Positions 43,624 through 56,757 of a stretch of 64,000 bases of DNA are shown here, one piece after another. Both the position numbers and the translations under genes were made by a program. Source of the stretch: Proteromonas lacertae (taxonomy: Eukaryota); contig NGBS01000583.1 in the NCBI GenBank assembly GCA_002245135.1, positions 372,001 through 436,000 on the forward strand, given 5' to 3'. The notes below the pieces were generated by a model. It saw only the letters and a program-made list of their open reading frames with translations, was not told where the DNA came from and searched no databases. Every line of letters begins with the position of its first letter. Within the stretch, counting starts at the first letter, position 1.

Positions 43624-44163
43624 AGATGAGCTTTTGTAATTTTATTTTTTTAATCTTACGTAATGTGACGTCAGTAATTTGAATCTGGGTATTACTTGGT
43701 GAAACAATAGGTTATTTTCACCCTATTCTGATGGAGCTCCTATTACGAAGGCATTATACTATGACAGTCCACATGTTCCTTTGCTATTTTTAATTAACCT
43801 ATATATTATCTGATTTGCTTCAATGTATTATTAAATATCTTCTTTAACTGCATTCATGTGATTATAATACTGTAGATACTTCAATTAAGGAATTAAACAA
43901 TAAACCAATTAAACTGCATTTTATGGTGGTGCTGTTTTTACTAATCATATTTCTATACTTTTTTTACCTATTAATACCAACACAATAATTGTTAAGTTAC
44001 TTTAACTGTTTTTACTTCCATGTTTTAATCTATCTTTTACTTATATATATAATCATCAAAATAGTAGCGATTCTTTAACCTTATGAGAGCGAAAATAATG
44101 ATTTTAAATTCTTCAAGCTTTCATTTAGGCTCGAGAAATAAAAACAAATTAAAAAGCAAACTG

Positions 44164-46122
44164 ATGAGTACTTCTGTTAATATTAATAAAGTTATTACAT
44201 GTCGCTGCAAAATAGTCAATGAAAAGAATGAAAAACTACTCTTTATAATTCCTAAACCGATCTTATTATGTTTACCAATTGTGTTTAATAATTGTAGAGT
44301 TTCCAGAAATTCAATACTTGATTTAAATAAATTATTACAAATAAAGTGTAAATTGATAGTAGAAGACATTAATACAAGTATCATACTCTATATTATATAT
44401 TGAATAGATAATGATGGTGAAGAAGGAGTAATTAAGCCAGATAGTAAGATAATAATAGATTATACTACCAAATTATTATGGGATTTAAATACAATTCCTC
44501 CTGAAATATACTCATCAATAGGTGGTTATAAATTTGAAATAAATAGAATAATAACTATACTGTATAGTATAATAAGCAATAAAAAGAACACTGTAATGAG
44601 TAATGGAATAATAATAAGTGGTGTAAGTGGAATAGGTAAAACTTATATGATAAAAGAAATATGTAAATATTTAACCATTCCAATTATCAAATTTAATAGT
44701 ATGATGCTATATCAAGGAAATATAAACGAGATAATAATCGTATAATGTTTTATTTTTTTAATACTTTTTTAGGAAAAAATAAAAGAATCAATAATATATG
44801 AAGGTTCAGTAATTTTAATAGATGATATAGATGAAATAGATGATAATATAAGTAATACAATCATTTATTTTTTTGAAAGAATGATATGGGATGAATTAGA
44901 TAATAATAAAAAAGTAATAATTGTTGGTACATGTAAAGATGTATATAAAATAAACAAAAGTTGGATATGTGGAAATAGATTATTAAATAACATTGATTTA
45001 CCACCTCCCAATGAAAATGATAGAAAAGAAATAATACGTATTTATTTTAATAAATCAAATATACAATATAATGAAGATGATATAAATGAAATTAGTTTAT
45101 TGACAAGATCTTATTTACCTAATGATATAATGAGTGTAATTAGTGAAACAATTATCACAAAATATCCAAAAGAAGTAAAAATAAATGAAATTAAAGAAAA
45201 GATATCGAAATATACTCCAACTATGATTAGAAATAATATAATTTTCAACAATGAAGTGAATAGTAATATAAAATTTAATGATTTGGGTGGTTTAAGCAAT
45301 GTAATAGAATATTTAAAAGCATCAATTATTACTCCATTACAGAATACTAATTATTATAAAACAATAGGTATATTTCCAATAAATGGAATATTATTATATG
45401 GTCCAAGTGGATGTGGTAAAACAGCAATAATAAATGCTTTAGCAAATGAAACAAAAGGATTATGTAAATTTCTGACTATTAATTGTACTGAAATATTATC
45501 CAAAATAGTAAGTGAATCTGAACATATTGTGAGTGAGTTATTTAGTAAAGCAAGAAAGATTAGTCCTTGTATATTATTCTTTGATCATTTAGAATGTATT
45601 GCTGCAATAAGAGGAAATGATTCTACATCAGAAAAGTATAATTATATATTTATTTTATTTTATTATTGATATTTATATATATATAGAAGTATGGATAGAA
45701 TTTTAAGTACACTTTTGACTGAAATGGATGGAATAATTAGCAATACAATTGATATTGAAAGAAGAATTATTATAGTTGGAGCAACTAATGATTTGAATGA
45801 ATTAGATGAATCAATACTTAGAGCTGGAAGATTTGATGAACATATATTTATGAATTATCCAAATAAAGAAGAAAAGATTGAAATTATGAAAAAATATTTA
45901 TCCAAAATTCCAATGGAAGAACAATTGAAAATGGATTTAGATGATATATTAAATGATTATTGCAATAAGAAGTTATTTGCTAGTAGTGCAGAATTGATTA
46001 ATTTGTGTAAAGAAAGTGTCATGAGAGAAATTAGAGAAAAAGAAGATAATGTGCAGTGTTTAAGTGAAGAAAATTTGAAGTATATTTTAAATAAGTCTCT
46101 AAATAGCTGTTTTATTTTTTAA
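44164..46122 (+). CDS. Tandem (type II) AAA+ ATPase, CDC48/AFG2/SPATA5-like
   Basis: D1 Walker A GVSGIGKT. D2 FNDLGGL, GILLYGPSGCGKT, RILSTLLTEMDG, GATN..LDESILRAGRFD. Three short introns. Confidence 0.85.
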
Positions 46123-46224
46123 TAATATTAATATAGATGTTGTTTGTGAAAATGATTTGTTTCTTATAAAATCTATAAAAACATTAATAATAATACATAT
46201 GATTTTAAAAATATATATATAACA

Positions 46225-46697
46225 TTAATTTATGGGTAAGTCTAAATTCTTTTCTAGTTTTCTGTCAAGATCATTTGTTTGTAGATTGAAAACAACAAAT
46301 ATATGATATACCATTATAAGCTATTTTATATACAATTCATATTTATACTTTTAATGCAGTTATAACTAGAGTCCATCTATAGAAATAAAATATTACAAAA
46401 AAAAACATACACACATCCAAATGTAGTAGTATCAATTGGGAGATAATCTTCATAATATAAAATTACATATATTATATCTAAAACGCATGAAATAAAGGTA
46501 ATTGAAGCAGAATATCTAGGATCAACTTTGTCTATTTTGCTCATTGATAGCATAATAAATAACAATATTGCAAACTATATAAACTCGTAATAACAAAAAT
46601 ACGTTCCATGAAGGTGTTCCTGCTATTGAAGCTATCATACTCATAATCTAATATGTAAATAACACAAGTATACCAAACCAACCCCTGCCATCTTCAT
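46225..46697 (-). CDS. Small multi-pass membrane protein, unknown function
   Basis: ATG 46697 (MKMAGVGL). Several short hydrophobic exons separated by GT-AG micro-introns; includes ORF 46377-46565. Confidence 0.45.
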
Positions 46698-46865
46698 AAC
46701 TCTGTTACTGTGCCACATACAGGCAAAAGAACGTATTTATTAAATTTGAGGTTTGATACTTTTGGGTGTGTGCAAAAAATGTTTCTCAATGACCATATAT
46801 TTAACAATAGAAAATTCTAGAAAGCTTGATTCAAGTTTGTTTCTAATAACATTTTACTTAAAACC

Positions 46866-47955
46866 ATGAAGTATTGTTTTGCTAGTATTTATAATGATTA
46901 GAGTCTATGTACACTACGAAGAGAAGGAAGAGGCAGATCATCATACTCTAAAACTTAGTCTACCAAAAAAATGGGACAAAGAACCAATTATTAAAATATT
47001 GGAGGTATAATATTATTCAATCATTATGCAATGATAGACATTTATAGAACCATATAATAAAAAACACCCAACTAATCAACTAACTCTAGAAAATTGTCAC
47101 TTAGCTGATTCAAAGTATAATAGTATAGTTTCTAATCATAATAGTAAAGCATCTCTACCAAATGAGTCAATAGCTGAGAATGTTTTCAAAAATAATGATG
47201 ATGTGTATGTAGTATCTGGACCAGCACCTGCTTTACCAGCTCAATCAACAAAACCACAAAAAACTGAAGAAAATAAAATACCTCCAGCTCCTTCTACAAC
47301 AGCTTCAAATGAAAATCCAGTTGAAGAACCAGTTTTCCCACCAGGTACTAAACTGAGATGTAAGAATTATGGCTGTAATAAATATTACACACCAGAAGAG
47401 AATGTAGATGGTTGTTGTAGACATCATGTACTTCCTCCATTTTTCCACGATTTAGCTAAAGGATGGTCTTGTTGTAAAGATAAAGTTGTATATGATTGGG
47501 ATGATTTTGGCACAATCGAAGGATGTGTAGTTGGAAAACACTCTCAAATTGATCCAAAATTGAAGTTTGCAGCATCTCCAACAGTGGAAGCTGCTAATAA
47601 GGCAGAGTCAAATAATCCAGGTCCAGCTCCAGTAATCAAATCAATTGAAGAATTTAATTCGTCAAATCCTCAAGCTAAAACTGCTTTAAGTTCATTTAAA
47701 GAAACAGTTACAACTGTTCATACTACTCCTCGTAAAGACGGTAAAGGAAAGTGTATTCATAAAGGTTGTTTAAAATGGTATGATTTAAATAACAATACTG
47801 ATGAAAGTTGTGTATATCATCCAGGTAATCCGATTTTTCATGATAGAGCAAAATATTGGTCATGTTGTCCAGATCATAAAGCATATGAATTTGAAGAATT
47901 TCAAAAAATCGAAGGTTGTACAAAAGGAAAGCATGATGATGGTTTAAATGAATAA
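46866..47955 (+). CDS. Tandem CHORD-domain protein (RAR1/CHORDC1-like), no CS domain
   Basis: CKNYGC...CRHH..PFFHD..KGWSCC...GC..GKH and CIHKGC...CVYHPG.PIFHD..KYWSCC...GC.KGKH. N-terminal MKVYVHYE...TLKLSLPKKW domain encoded on small exons. Confidence 0.92.
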
Positions 47956-48165
47956 ATAAAGAATATAATAATAATAATAATAAATAATGATTAGTTGAAG
48001 AATTGTTTTTTTAATTCTTTCTTTTGTATCTAATTCTATTTTTTAAATTGACTTCAATTTTGGAGTAAATGTTTTCTACAAACATTAGTATTAAATGGAT
48101 GGGATGATAAAGATTAAGAACAAAAAATATAATAGTAACAAATCATATAACCAAATAACATCAAT

Positions 48166-51100
48166 TTATATTCTAACACCTTCAACTACTTGTTTCTCTG
48201 GAACTCTCACTCCTCCTCTATTCAATGTTGATGCTGATTTTGCTCTTTTGGTAAAAATACCAGTTCTCAGTAAACAACAGAACATCAACACAATCACCAA
48301 TATTCCTGCAGCTACAGATCCAACTGCTATTCCTGCTATTGCTCCACTACTTATTTTACATCTACTATCATCTATTGCACTCCAAACGCCAGTGTTTGCA
48401 TCTGTTAATAAACATTTTCTACTTTTCATTCCACTACTACTTCCTCCACATTCTATTAACACTTCTTTTCCACCTTTTTCAGCCACAGTATCAGAGAATC
48501 CTGAATCTGCTTTACAAAGGACAGCATCAAATGAAATTTCTACTGTTACTTCTTGAGTTATTGTTGATGGAGGATTTCTAATAGTAAACTTGTATTTAGT
48601 TGCTTTTACATATTCAGAAGCAGTGCCAAATATTTCTCCTGTACTTGGATCAAGTTTTATTCCTTTTGGTAAATCAGGTTCAACTGTTATTATGATATTA
48701 TCACCTACTGGAATGAATAAGAATGTGGATTTTACTGGATCACCATATTTAAATTCAATCTTTTCTACTTTTGATGATGGTACAACTACTGGATGTTTAG
48801 GAATTAAACTATTCATAATGAATGAGAATGAAACACTTGTAGAAGTTCCATATATTGTCACTGTTATATTGGTTGGTTGAAACTCTTTTTTAATATATCC
48901 GCTTATTGTTCCATTTTTACCATCAAATGTTAATGTCTCAGATGGAATCTTTGAAATAGAATATGATAATTTTTCACCTGTTACTTCACATAGTGGTTCA
49001 TTTTTATACTCTTTACCTCCATCTATTGTTAAACTATCAATATGTGATATAATTATTGGTTCTACTGATAATTGAATATGAATAATAATAGGATTTGGAA
49101 TAGCATCACCAACATCATTATAGCATTTGAATGTGTAAGATTCATCACTTGGTGGTTTAGTGTTTACTTTACCACTAATTATTCCACTCTTTTCATCCAA
49201 TTTTAATCCATCAGGTAAAGCTGGCTCAACAGAATAGGAAATAGTTTTAGCAATGCATTGATAGGGTTGTAATGATGAATAGCTCATACCATATGCCACA
49301 TTGATTTCTTTTTCATACTTTGTGTTATAAGGTTTAGTTGGTAAACTTACATTCATCTTTATATTGAATAATACTTTATCATTACTATTCTCTGCTTTGA
49401 ATGAGCAATCCATTACAGTTTCTTCTAATGTCATTCCACTAATCATTCCACTCACTTTATCTAAACTTAAACCACTTGGTAGTTTATCAACTGAATAGGT
49501 TATATTCACTCCAGTAAAAAGAAATGCTTGTATTTTTATTTCATTTCCTGCAATGATCTCTATTGTATCATTTGTCCATATTTTAATAGGTACATTTGAT
49601 GGTATTATCGTAATTGGAATAGTAAGTGTTTTAGTACCATAAAAATTACTAATCACGAAATCAACCATTCTATTGTTATATTCTATATATGGCTTTCCAC
49701 TAATTATTCCAGTTGTCTTATTAATTGTTAATCCTTCAATTTGTGGATTCATTGAATAAGATAATCCATTTCCTGACATTCTAAATAGATTCAAATTCTC
49801 TAATGTTGTTCCAGCTTTAACTGTATATGATATTTCAGATGTTATAATAGAAGGACCTTCTTTACAATCATTCATCTTTTCATACCATTCTTTATCATTT
49901 CCACAATAGAATGTTCTATTACCAATACCACCTTCTCTACAACCAATTGAAACTTCACTTCCTATTAATGTATCTGGTAGATTTTCAAACTCTTTACAGT
50001 ACAATATTGGACATAAATGAAGATTTATATCTTGTATATCGTATTTATTATTATTATTAGATGATTGTAAAAGTGATATTTTAACACCATCATACATTTT
50101 TGTTGTTTCATAATTTGGGAATGTTTTAGTTAAATCACTTGATGGATATTCAATATCACTAAATGTAGCTAATGGTATTATTTCATTACCTTCATATCCT
50201 TCTAATGAAAATGATTTTGGTTGGTTTATATTGGATGATGCATGAACGCTTAATTGATTGAAATAAGAATGATAATGATCTTTAAAACGAATAATTGAAT
50301 ATGGAAATGCAACTGATGTTGACCATTCTGTATTTACATTCTCATCAAAACCATTATTCGCTCTATATACTCCTTCAATATCTGTATTAGTCTCAGTTAC
50401 TGGTTTCAAGTATTTGTTGATTATTAAGCAATCAGATTTTGTTCCTTTTATTTTCAACAAATCAACAGATATTTCAGGGAATGAATCTTCACCATCATAT
50501 CTGTGTAGTTCAATGGAAATTATTACATTTGGTTCTTCTAACATTGGTATTGTCAACAATAACACTTCATCGGTTAATTCACTATATTTATTATTAGCCA
50601 GTGTTGAAGAAGATATTTCACCATTTGGTAGATTATTTCTAAATAATTCTTTTCCATTCATCTTGATTAATATTCCACTTAAATAACTCACTTTCAATGC
50701 AAATGCACTATAACCATCAGTATTAATAAACTTATCTATTTTTCTAACATAATAAGTATTATCAGTAGATGTCTTTTTCAAATCAGATAACTTGTTCTCA
50801 TTCCATTTCTTAGCTTTAGTAGCATCATCCCAGCCATCTTCATATACAGTGTTATATTCCCATTTAGTGTTATAACTATAATCTAATACTGCATATACTA
50901 AATCACTGCTTTCATCTTGGTCTGGCTTTAATGATTTTCTTACAACAGCAATACCATTCACAGATGTTTCAATATAACTATCTCCCCATCCATTATCAGT
51001 TCTACTACTTCTGTATATTATTGTATAATCATTTGATTCTAGACAATAATCATAATCAATAGATTTCTCATTCTTCCATCCTTCAGTTGAACCATATAAT

Positions 51101-54100
51101 GATATTAATGGTTTTCTATTATCACTGTCTATTTCAGATGTTTGATATAATAAATAAGTCCAACTATTTGAATTTTCATTTGAATTAATATGGATATGAA
51201 TCAATGTCTTTTGTTGATAATAACATACTTTATTAATTGTTTCATTGTAGAATGTAAAATTATATTGTTTTATTTTATAGCCATTAATTCCTGATGCTGT
51301 AATTGTATATTCTGTTTTTTCAACAGCAAATGTTGGTGTTCCTGTTATTGCACATGTTAAATTGTTGAAATTCAAACTTGGTGGTAATTCAGGATCAATT
51401 GTACATTTACTAACCATTTTGATTGTTGGAATTATATTGATGTTGTCATTCAAATAATAGGAATCTTTGATATTCTCTGGATATTCAAGTGTTGGTGGTT
51501 TAACTTCAGTATCTATATCAAAGACATTGTTTTTACCTACTGCAGAAACAGCTTCATCTGTCTGTTTACCTTCAGTGTAAAAATATAAATTTATATTTCC
51601 ACTTCCACCAATATTTACATTCTGGATCTTAAACTTATAATAACCCGGTTCTAAACAGATTGGATCTGTATACATATCACCGTTATAATCACTAAAATGA
51701 AATGATTGTATTTCTTTATCTGACGTATCATAATAAGAACATTCTATCTCACCTGTTGGATTTGCATCACTTATTAATTTCACAAAATGTGACTTTTCAT
51801 TTTCATCTATACAACCATTTGTTATATTAAAACCAAATCTTTTTGAAACAAATACATCATTTCCATAATATGCTCTAATTTCTAGTTCAAAATTTGTCAA
51901 ATAGTTGTATGCAATCATTGTTAATTCACCTGTCAATTTGTTAAGATTAATACCTTCAAATCCATTACCTAATTCATAATATAATAAAAATCCATCATCT
52001 ATTTTCATTATAAATCTTGATTCTTTACCTAATATCAATTCGAATTGAGAATATATATTACCATCACTATCTACGATATGAATATTCTGGGGTTTAACAC
52101 TTTCACTAATACCAATTGTTATTGAAGTACTAACAGTTTTACCATCAATAATTCCACTTATTTCATAACTTTGATAATCTTGAACTGTACTAGGAATACC
52201 ACGAATTGTACAATCATCTTCTAGTTTTAATACTGGAGGTAATGATGGAATTGATTTACATTCACTAATAGTTTTATCATTTTGTATTCTTGGGATATTA
52301 CTACCAATATCTTCATCAACAATATAAGAAGCATAACTAACTGAATATTCAAAATCACCATTTGGTACAAAATATACTGAACCTTTTAATGATTTATACT
52401 CTCCATTTTCACCTTCTTTATAGTATAACAAAATACCACTTGCACCTGTACTTCTCATATAATTCACTCTAATAAAATGATAACCAACTGATAATGCCTT
52501 AGTTGCTACAACTGAACTCCATTCATTATTACCTTTATGGTTTATTACTTCTTCATAGTCAATAAATAGCCACGAACCATCCACAGATGTGAGATTAAAC
52601 GTATATTCTGCTTCATTATCAATCTTTAAATATCCTTCCCAACTTATACCAAATTCATTTAAGAAATTATGTGTTAAATCTTCCCATAAAGATTTACTTT
52701 CAGAATATTCGTGATTTATATCATCTTCTAGCTTCATAATCTCAATATGAACATCTGGTGTTGATGATGTATAAGGATTGGAACATGATGAATCAAAATT
52801 AGAATCAGCTTTCAAATAATACCCAACAATACCATTAACATAACTGTTTAATACATCAATTGTTATTTTTGCTGTGTTTGTTACTGCATTTTCAGTTGAA
52901 CATGACATTGTATAAATATATTTTCCTTCTGTATTAATTTTTACTGAGATTATTCTCTTTGTTAAGTCAATAACAAATTCATCTGAAGTTGTACCATTGC
53001 ATTGCGATGGATTGCCTTTACCAAATTTGAATGGTATTTCTACTGTTGATCCTAATGGTATTGTATAGTAATCTCTTTCAAATGATAAGTCAGAAACAAA
53101 ATAGAATGGAGATTTCTGTAAATAAAATACAATATCTTTCTTTTGATCTTCACTTTTGCCTTTTATTTGTAATTTAAAACTTGAAGACATTACTTTAGTT
53201 TTCACTTTAGGATCATACAAATAAGGTGAAGTTTCATCATACTTATATTTATCTGTAAAACTAATATCCATTTCGAATGTGTGAAATCCTGCTGGTAAGT
53301 TGCTCCAATACTTTGATGATCTTATTTGACCACTTAAATAGCATTGTGAGTAATCTCCATTAATATCTTTTAATCCAAAGTTAGGATCACTTTTAAATAT
53401 ATCATCAACATATATATTAGCATGAAACCCATCGCCATCTAGATAAAAGTACTGAGTTTCAGTTGTTTGCGTTTCGAATTTTGCTCTCAATTCTATTCTC
53501 CAATACTTCAAATTACCATTTTCTGATAACAATCCACCTAATTTCCTATCCCACACTTCATATGCATTATTTCCATCTAATCCATTAAGATTATCGATGA
53601 TTACATCCTTAAGTTTAGTATATGGAAATCCTGTTTGATCATAGCAAATAAAAGGATTAACTTTATAAACCTTTGCTGATAATCCTTCCACAGTTTTTGG
53701 CTCTTCTTTCTTTATTGTGATTATAGCAGCTATTTCACTATCACCTGCAGGACTTGTTCCTCTTATAGTAATGCTATTGAAAAGAATTATATAATGCAAA
53801 AATACGTCATATCGGAAGAAGGATTGAAATCTTTAAATGTAATAATACCATTCTCTGAGACTGTGATTCCACTATGACTATCTGGTACAAACTCAGCATT
53901 ATAAGATTTAACAAATTTGTCACTCTTACAGTTTACAGTATCGCTAAAACTACCAGCAACTTTCAAAGTAGTTACTCCACAAGTTGTAACAGTTGACTTT
54001 TCCCAAACTATTAAAATATATATCCATTTATACCCTTGATATTGACAGTTGCTACCAAAATACTCCCATCCTTTCTAGTCAATTTTACAGTAAAATCAGC

Positions 54101-54367
54101 TTGGTATTCTTCTTCTGGAGTACCAGAAATAGTTCCTGACTTTTCATCGATTTTCAAGCCTTTGCTGAGTGATGGAGATATAGAAAATGTACCAACCTCT
54201 TCGGTATTTGGTACATTATCTTCTATTGCTTGATTGACTACATAATCTACATCATTAGAAGTATAATCAAAAGTTTCTTCAGCAGATGCGAGTGATGCAA
54301 ATAGTAGTATCAACACTAGTTATGTTTAATATCAAATATATATACAATTCAAGTTTAAGATTCTCAT
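48166..54367 (-). CDS. Large type I membrane surface protein with PA14-like domains and putative Ig (He_PIG-like) repeats
   Basis: Signal peptide (LILLFASLASA). Many LPxGLxLDxxSGxISG repeats. PA14 motif FGISWEGYLKI...YTFNLTSVDGSWLFID. Cys/Trp modules, TM GAIAGIAVGSVAAGILVIVLMFCC, short tail. Confidence 0.85.
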
Positions 54368-54713
54368 CCAAATATTTTCAATTCCTTGATAATCATAATG
54401 ATTCATCATATGACCAATCACTTTACATTTCATGAAACGACTATTATTTCTATAATTAAATTATATCATTAATATACATTTATAAACCATAATATAATCA
54501 TTTTCATATTTTAAACCAACGAAAATTTAACATACTATAAATAATTTTGAGTTTTAATTATTAGTGTTAACTTGTAGTTCTTAAAACATCAACAAGTGGT
54601 ATATAGACTAATAAGAATTAATTTAATAAAATTATACATTTCCTAACCTCTTATGTAAATACATTTTATCTTCAAGCCAAGTTTATTTTGTTTTATTTTT
54701 GTTGAATTAAATA

Positions 54714-56648
54714 ATGTCAAACGAAGAAAGTCTGTATATTGGTAATGTGTTACATGATAATGTATATGTTGGAACATATAATGAAGAGAGGGTGTTGATT
54801 AAAGAGTATTTGACCAATCATTTAAGTGAAAAAGAGAAGAATCACATGAAAACTGAAGTATTTAAATATAATATTATATCATAATATAGATTGATCAATT
54901 ATCTAAATTGAATAACCGATATTTAGTTCATTATTTGGGAAAGATAGAAAGAAAGAGTAAGACATTAATAATTTTAGAAGATTGTCCTGGTAGTAGTTTA
55001 CGTGAATATATAGATGATGTGAAGAATGTGGATAGACTGTTTGAAGAACATGTATCACTTTTTTGTGTTTATTAGACTAGACTGTAAAGAGAGTTTTAAT
55101 GAATTTATGTAGCGGTTTGCAATATCTTCATACTGAACGAATAAATGAAGAAACGAATGAAAAATACACAATAATTCACAGAGATTTAAGGCCAGAGAAT
55201 ATTTCCATATCATTGGGTGGTGAATTTATAATAGGAGATTTAGGATTAATAAAAAGTCGTAAAAACTTAGAAAATATCAGTATGGATCAAACAATCGTAG
55301 ATATCAAGAAAGAAAGTGATAATAATTGTTATATTGCTCCAGAACAAATGACTAGTAATTATGATAGTAAAGTGGACATGTGGAGTTTAGGCTGTATAAT
55401 CTATGAGATGTGTACTTTAACTTGTCCATTTAATGAAAGTAAATTATCAAAATTATGTTTAAATCCTGGTAGTTTAAATCTACCTGAAATGGAAGGTTAT
55501 AGTAAAGAATTGAATGATATTGTATTAAACCATTTAATTGTGTTTGACTCAAATAAGAGATATAGTAGTGAAGAATTATTAAATATCGATTATTTACATA
55601 ATTATATTAAAGAAAGTATATATATTTTTTTAAATTATTATTATGTAATATATATAGAGGAGAAAATGCCTGCTAATATCAATATATTGATTGATACTCC
55701 AGATAGAGAAATTATATCACCAATCAAAGCAGTTCGTAAGAGTTATAGAAATATTAAAAAAGTTGAATTCAATGATGATGATGATAATAATGATGATAAT
55801 AATGATGATAGAGAGAGTAGAATTATTCATAATAGTGATATTCCTCCATGTCCAGAAGATGATACTTCAGATGCAGAAGAAGAAGATGATGGTAATGATG
55901 GTAATGATGGTAATAAGAAAAAGAACAATACAACTGGGAATGATTTAACATCAACTGTGTTTTACTTTAAACCTGTTACTGAAACAATGATCATCAGTGT
56001 ATATATTAATATATATATATATATTATTATTATTAATTTATATAGAGCCATGCAACTAATATATTGACTGAAGTAACAGTTGAATTAGTATATATGAATC
56101 AAATAGCTTCAAAGCCAAATAGTGACTTGATTAACAGCATATTAAATTCAACATCCAACAGTTGGCTTAATCCTATTGAGAATAGAAATTGGTTCTTTCC
56201 AATAGATAAAAGTGAAAATGGTGAACCTTATTTCCATAATAAAAGTGAAATAAATGCATTTTTATATAATAAAGAGTTCTATAGAATGTTTAATGTGTTA
56301 TCTGAGAAATTATTAAATTATTATGGTTATTGTACAGTAATGACAAAACATCCAGTTGGTATTGGATATTTAAATCAACAAAGAATATCTGAATGGAGTT
56401 ATAATATTTGTGAGATTAAGTTTTTGGCAAGATTTTTGAAATGTCTTCATACATTGAATCATGAATATTTTGGTGGTTTATATAATAGATTAAATCAAGA
56501 TTTCTTAAGTATATATTTTCATTTTATAGTGTAATTAGGATTAATTGACGATGGTAAAACTATATTTAGAGAAAATTTTCTTGATATTATTAAAGGAGAT
56601 GATAGATACAAGACTATGTACAATTTAGCTGTTTTAATGACTGGATAA
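54714..56648 (+). CDS. NEK-like Ser/Thr kinase with degenerate Gly-rich loop and C-terminal extension
   Basis: ATG 54714. VLIKE, HRDLRPEN, GDLG, YIAPE, KVDMWSLGCIIYEM. Acidic linker, then further exons to TAA at 56648. Confidence 0.8.
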
Positions 56649-56757
56649 GATGATATTAAACATTAATGTTTATGTTCTTTCATTTTTTATTTTGTTATAA
56701 AAACACAAATTCATCATTACACACACACACAAAACAAAAAAAGATAAATAAATACTA

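Noticed and set aside
43700..43745. TTCACCCTATT-CTGA as a possible snoRNA guide
   Set aside because: Only about 7 bp of rRNA complementarity and no convincing box C.
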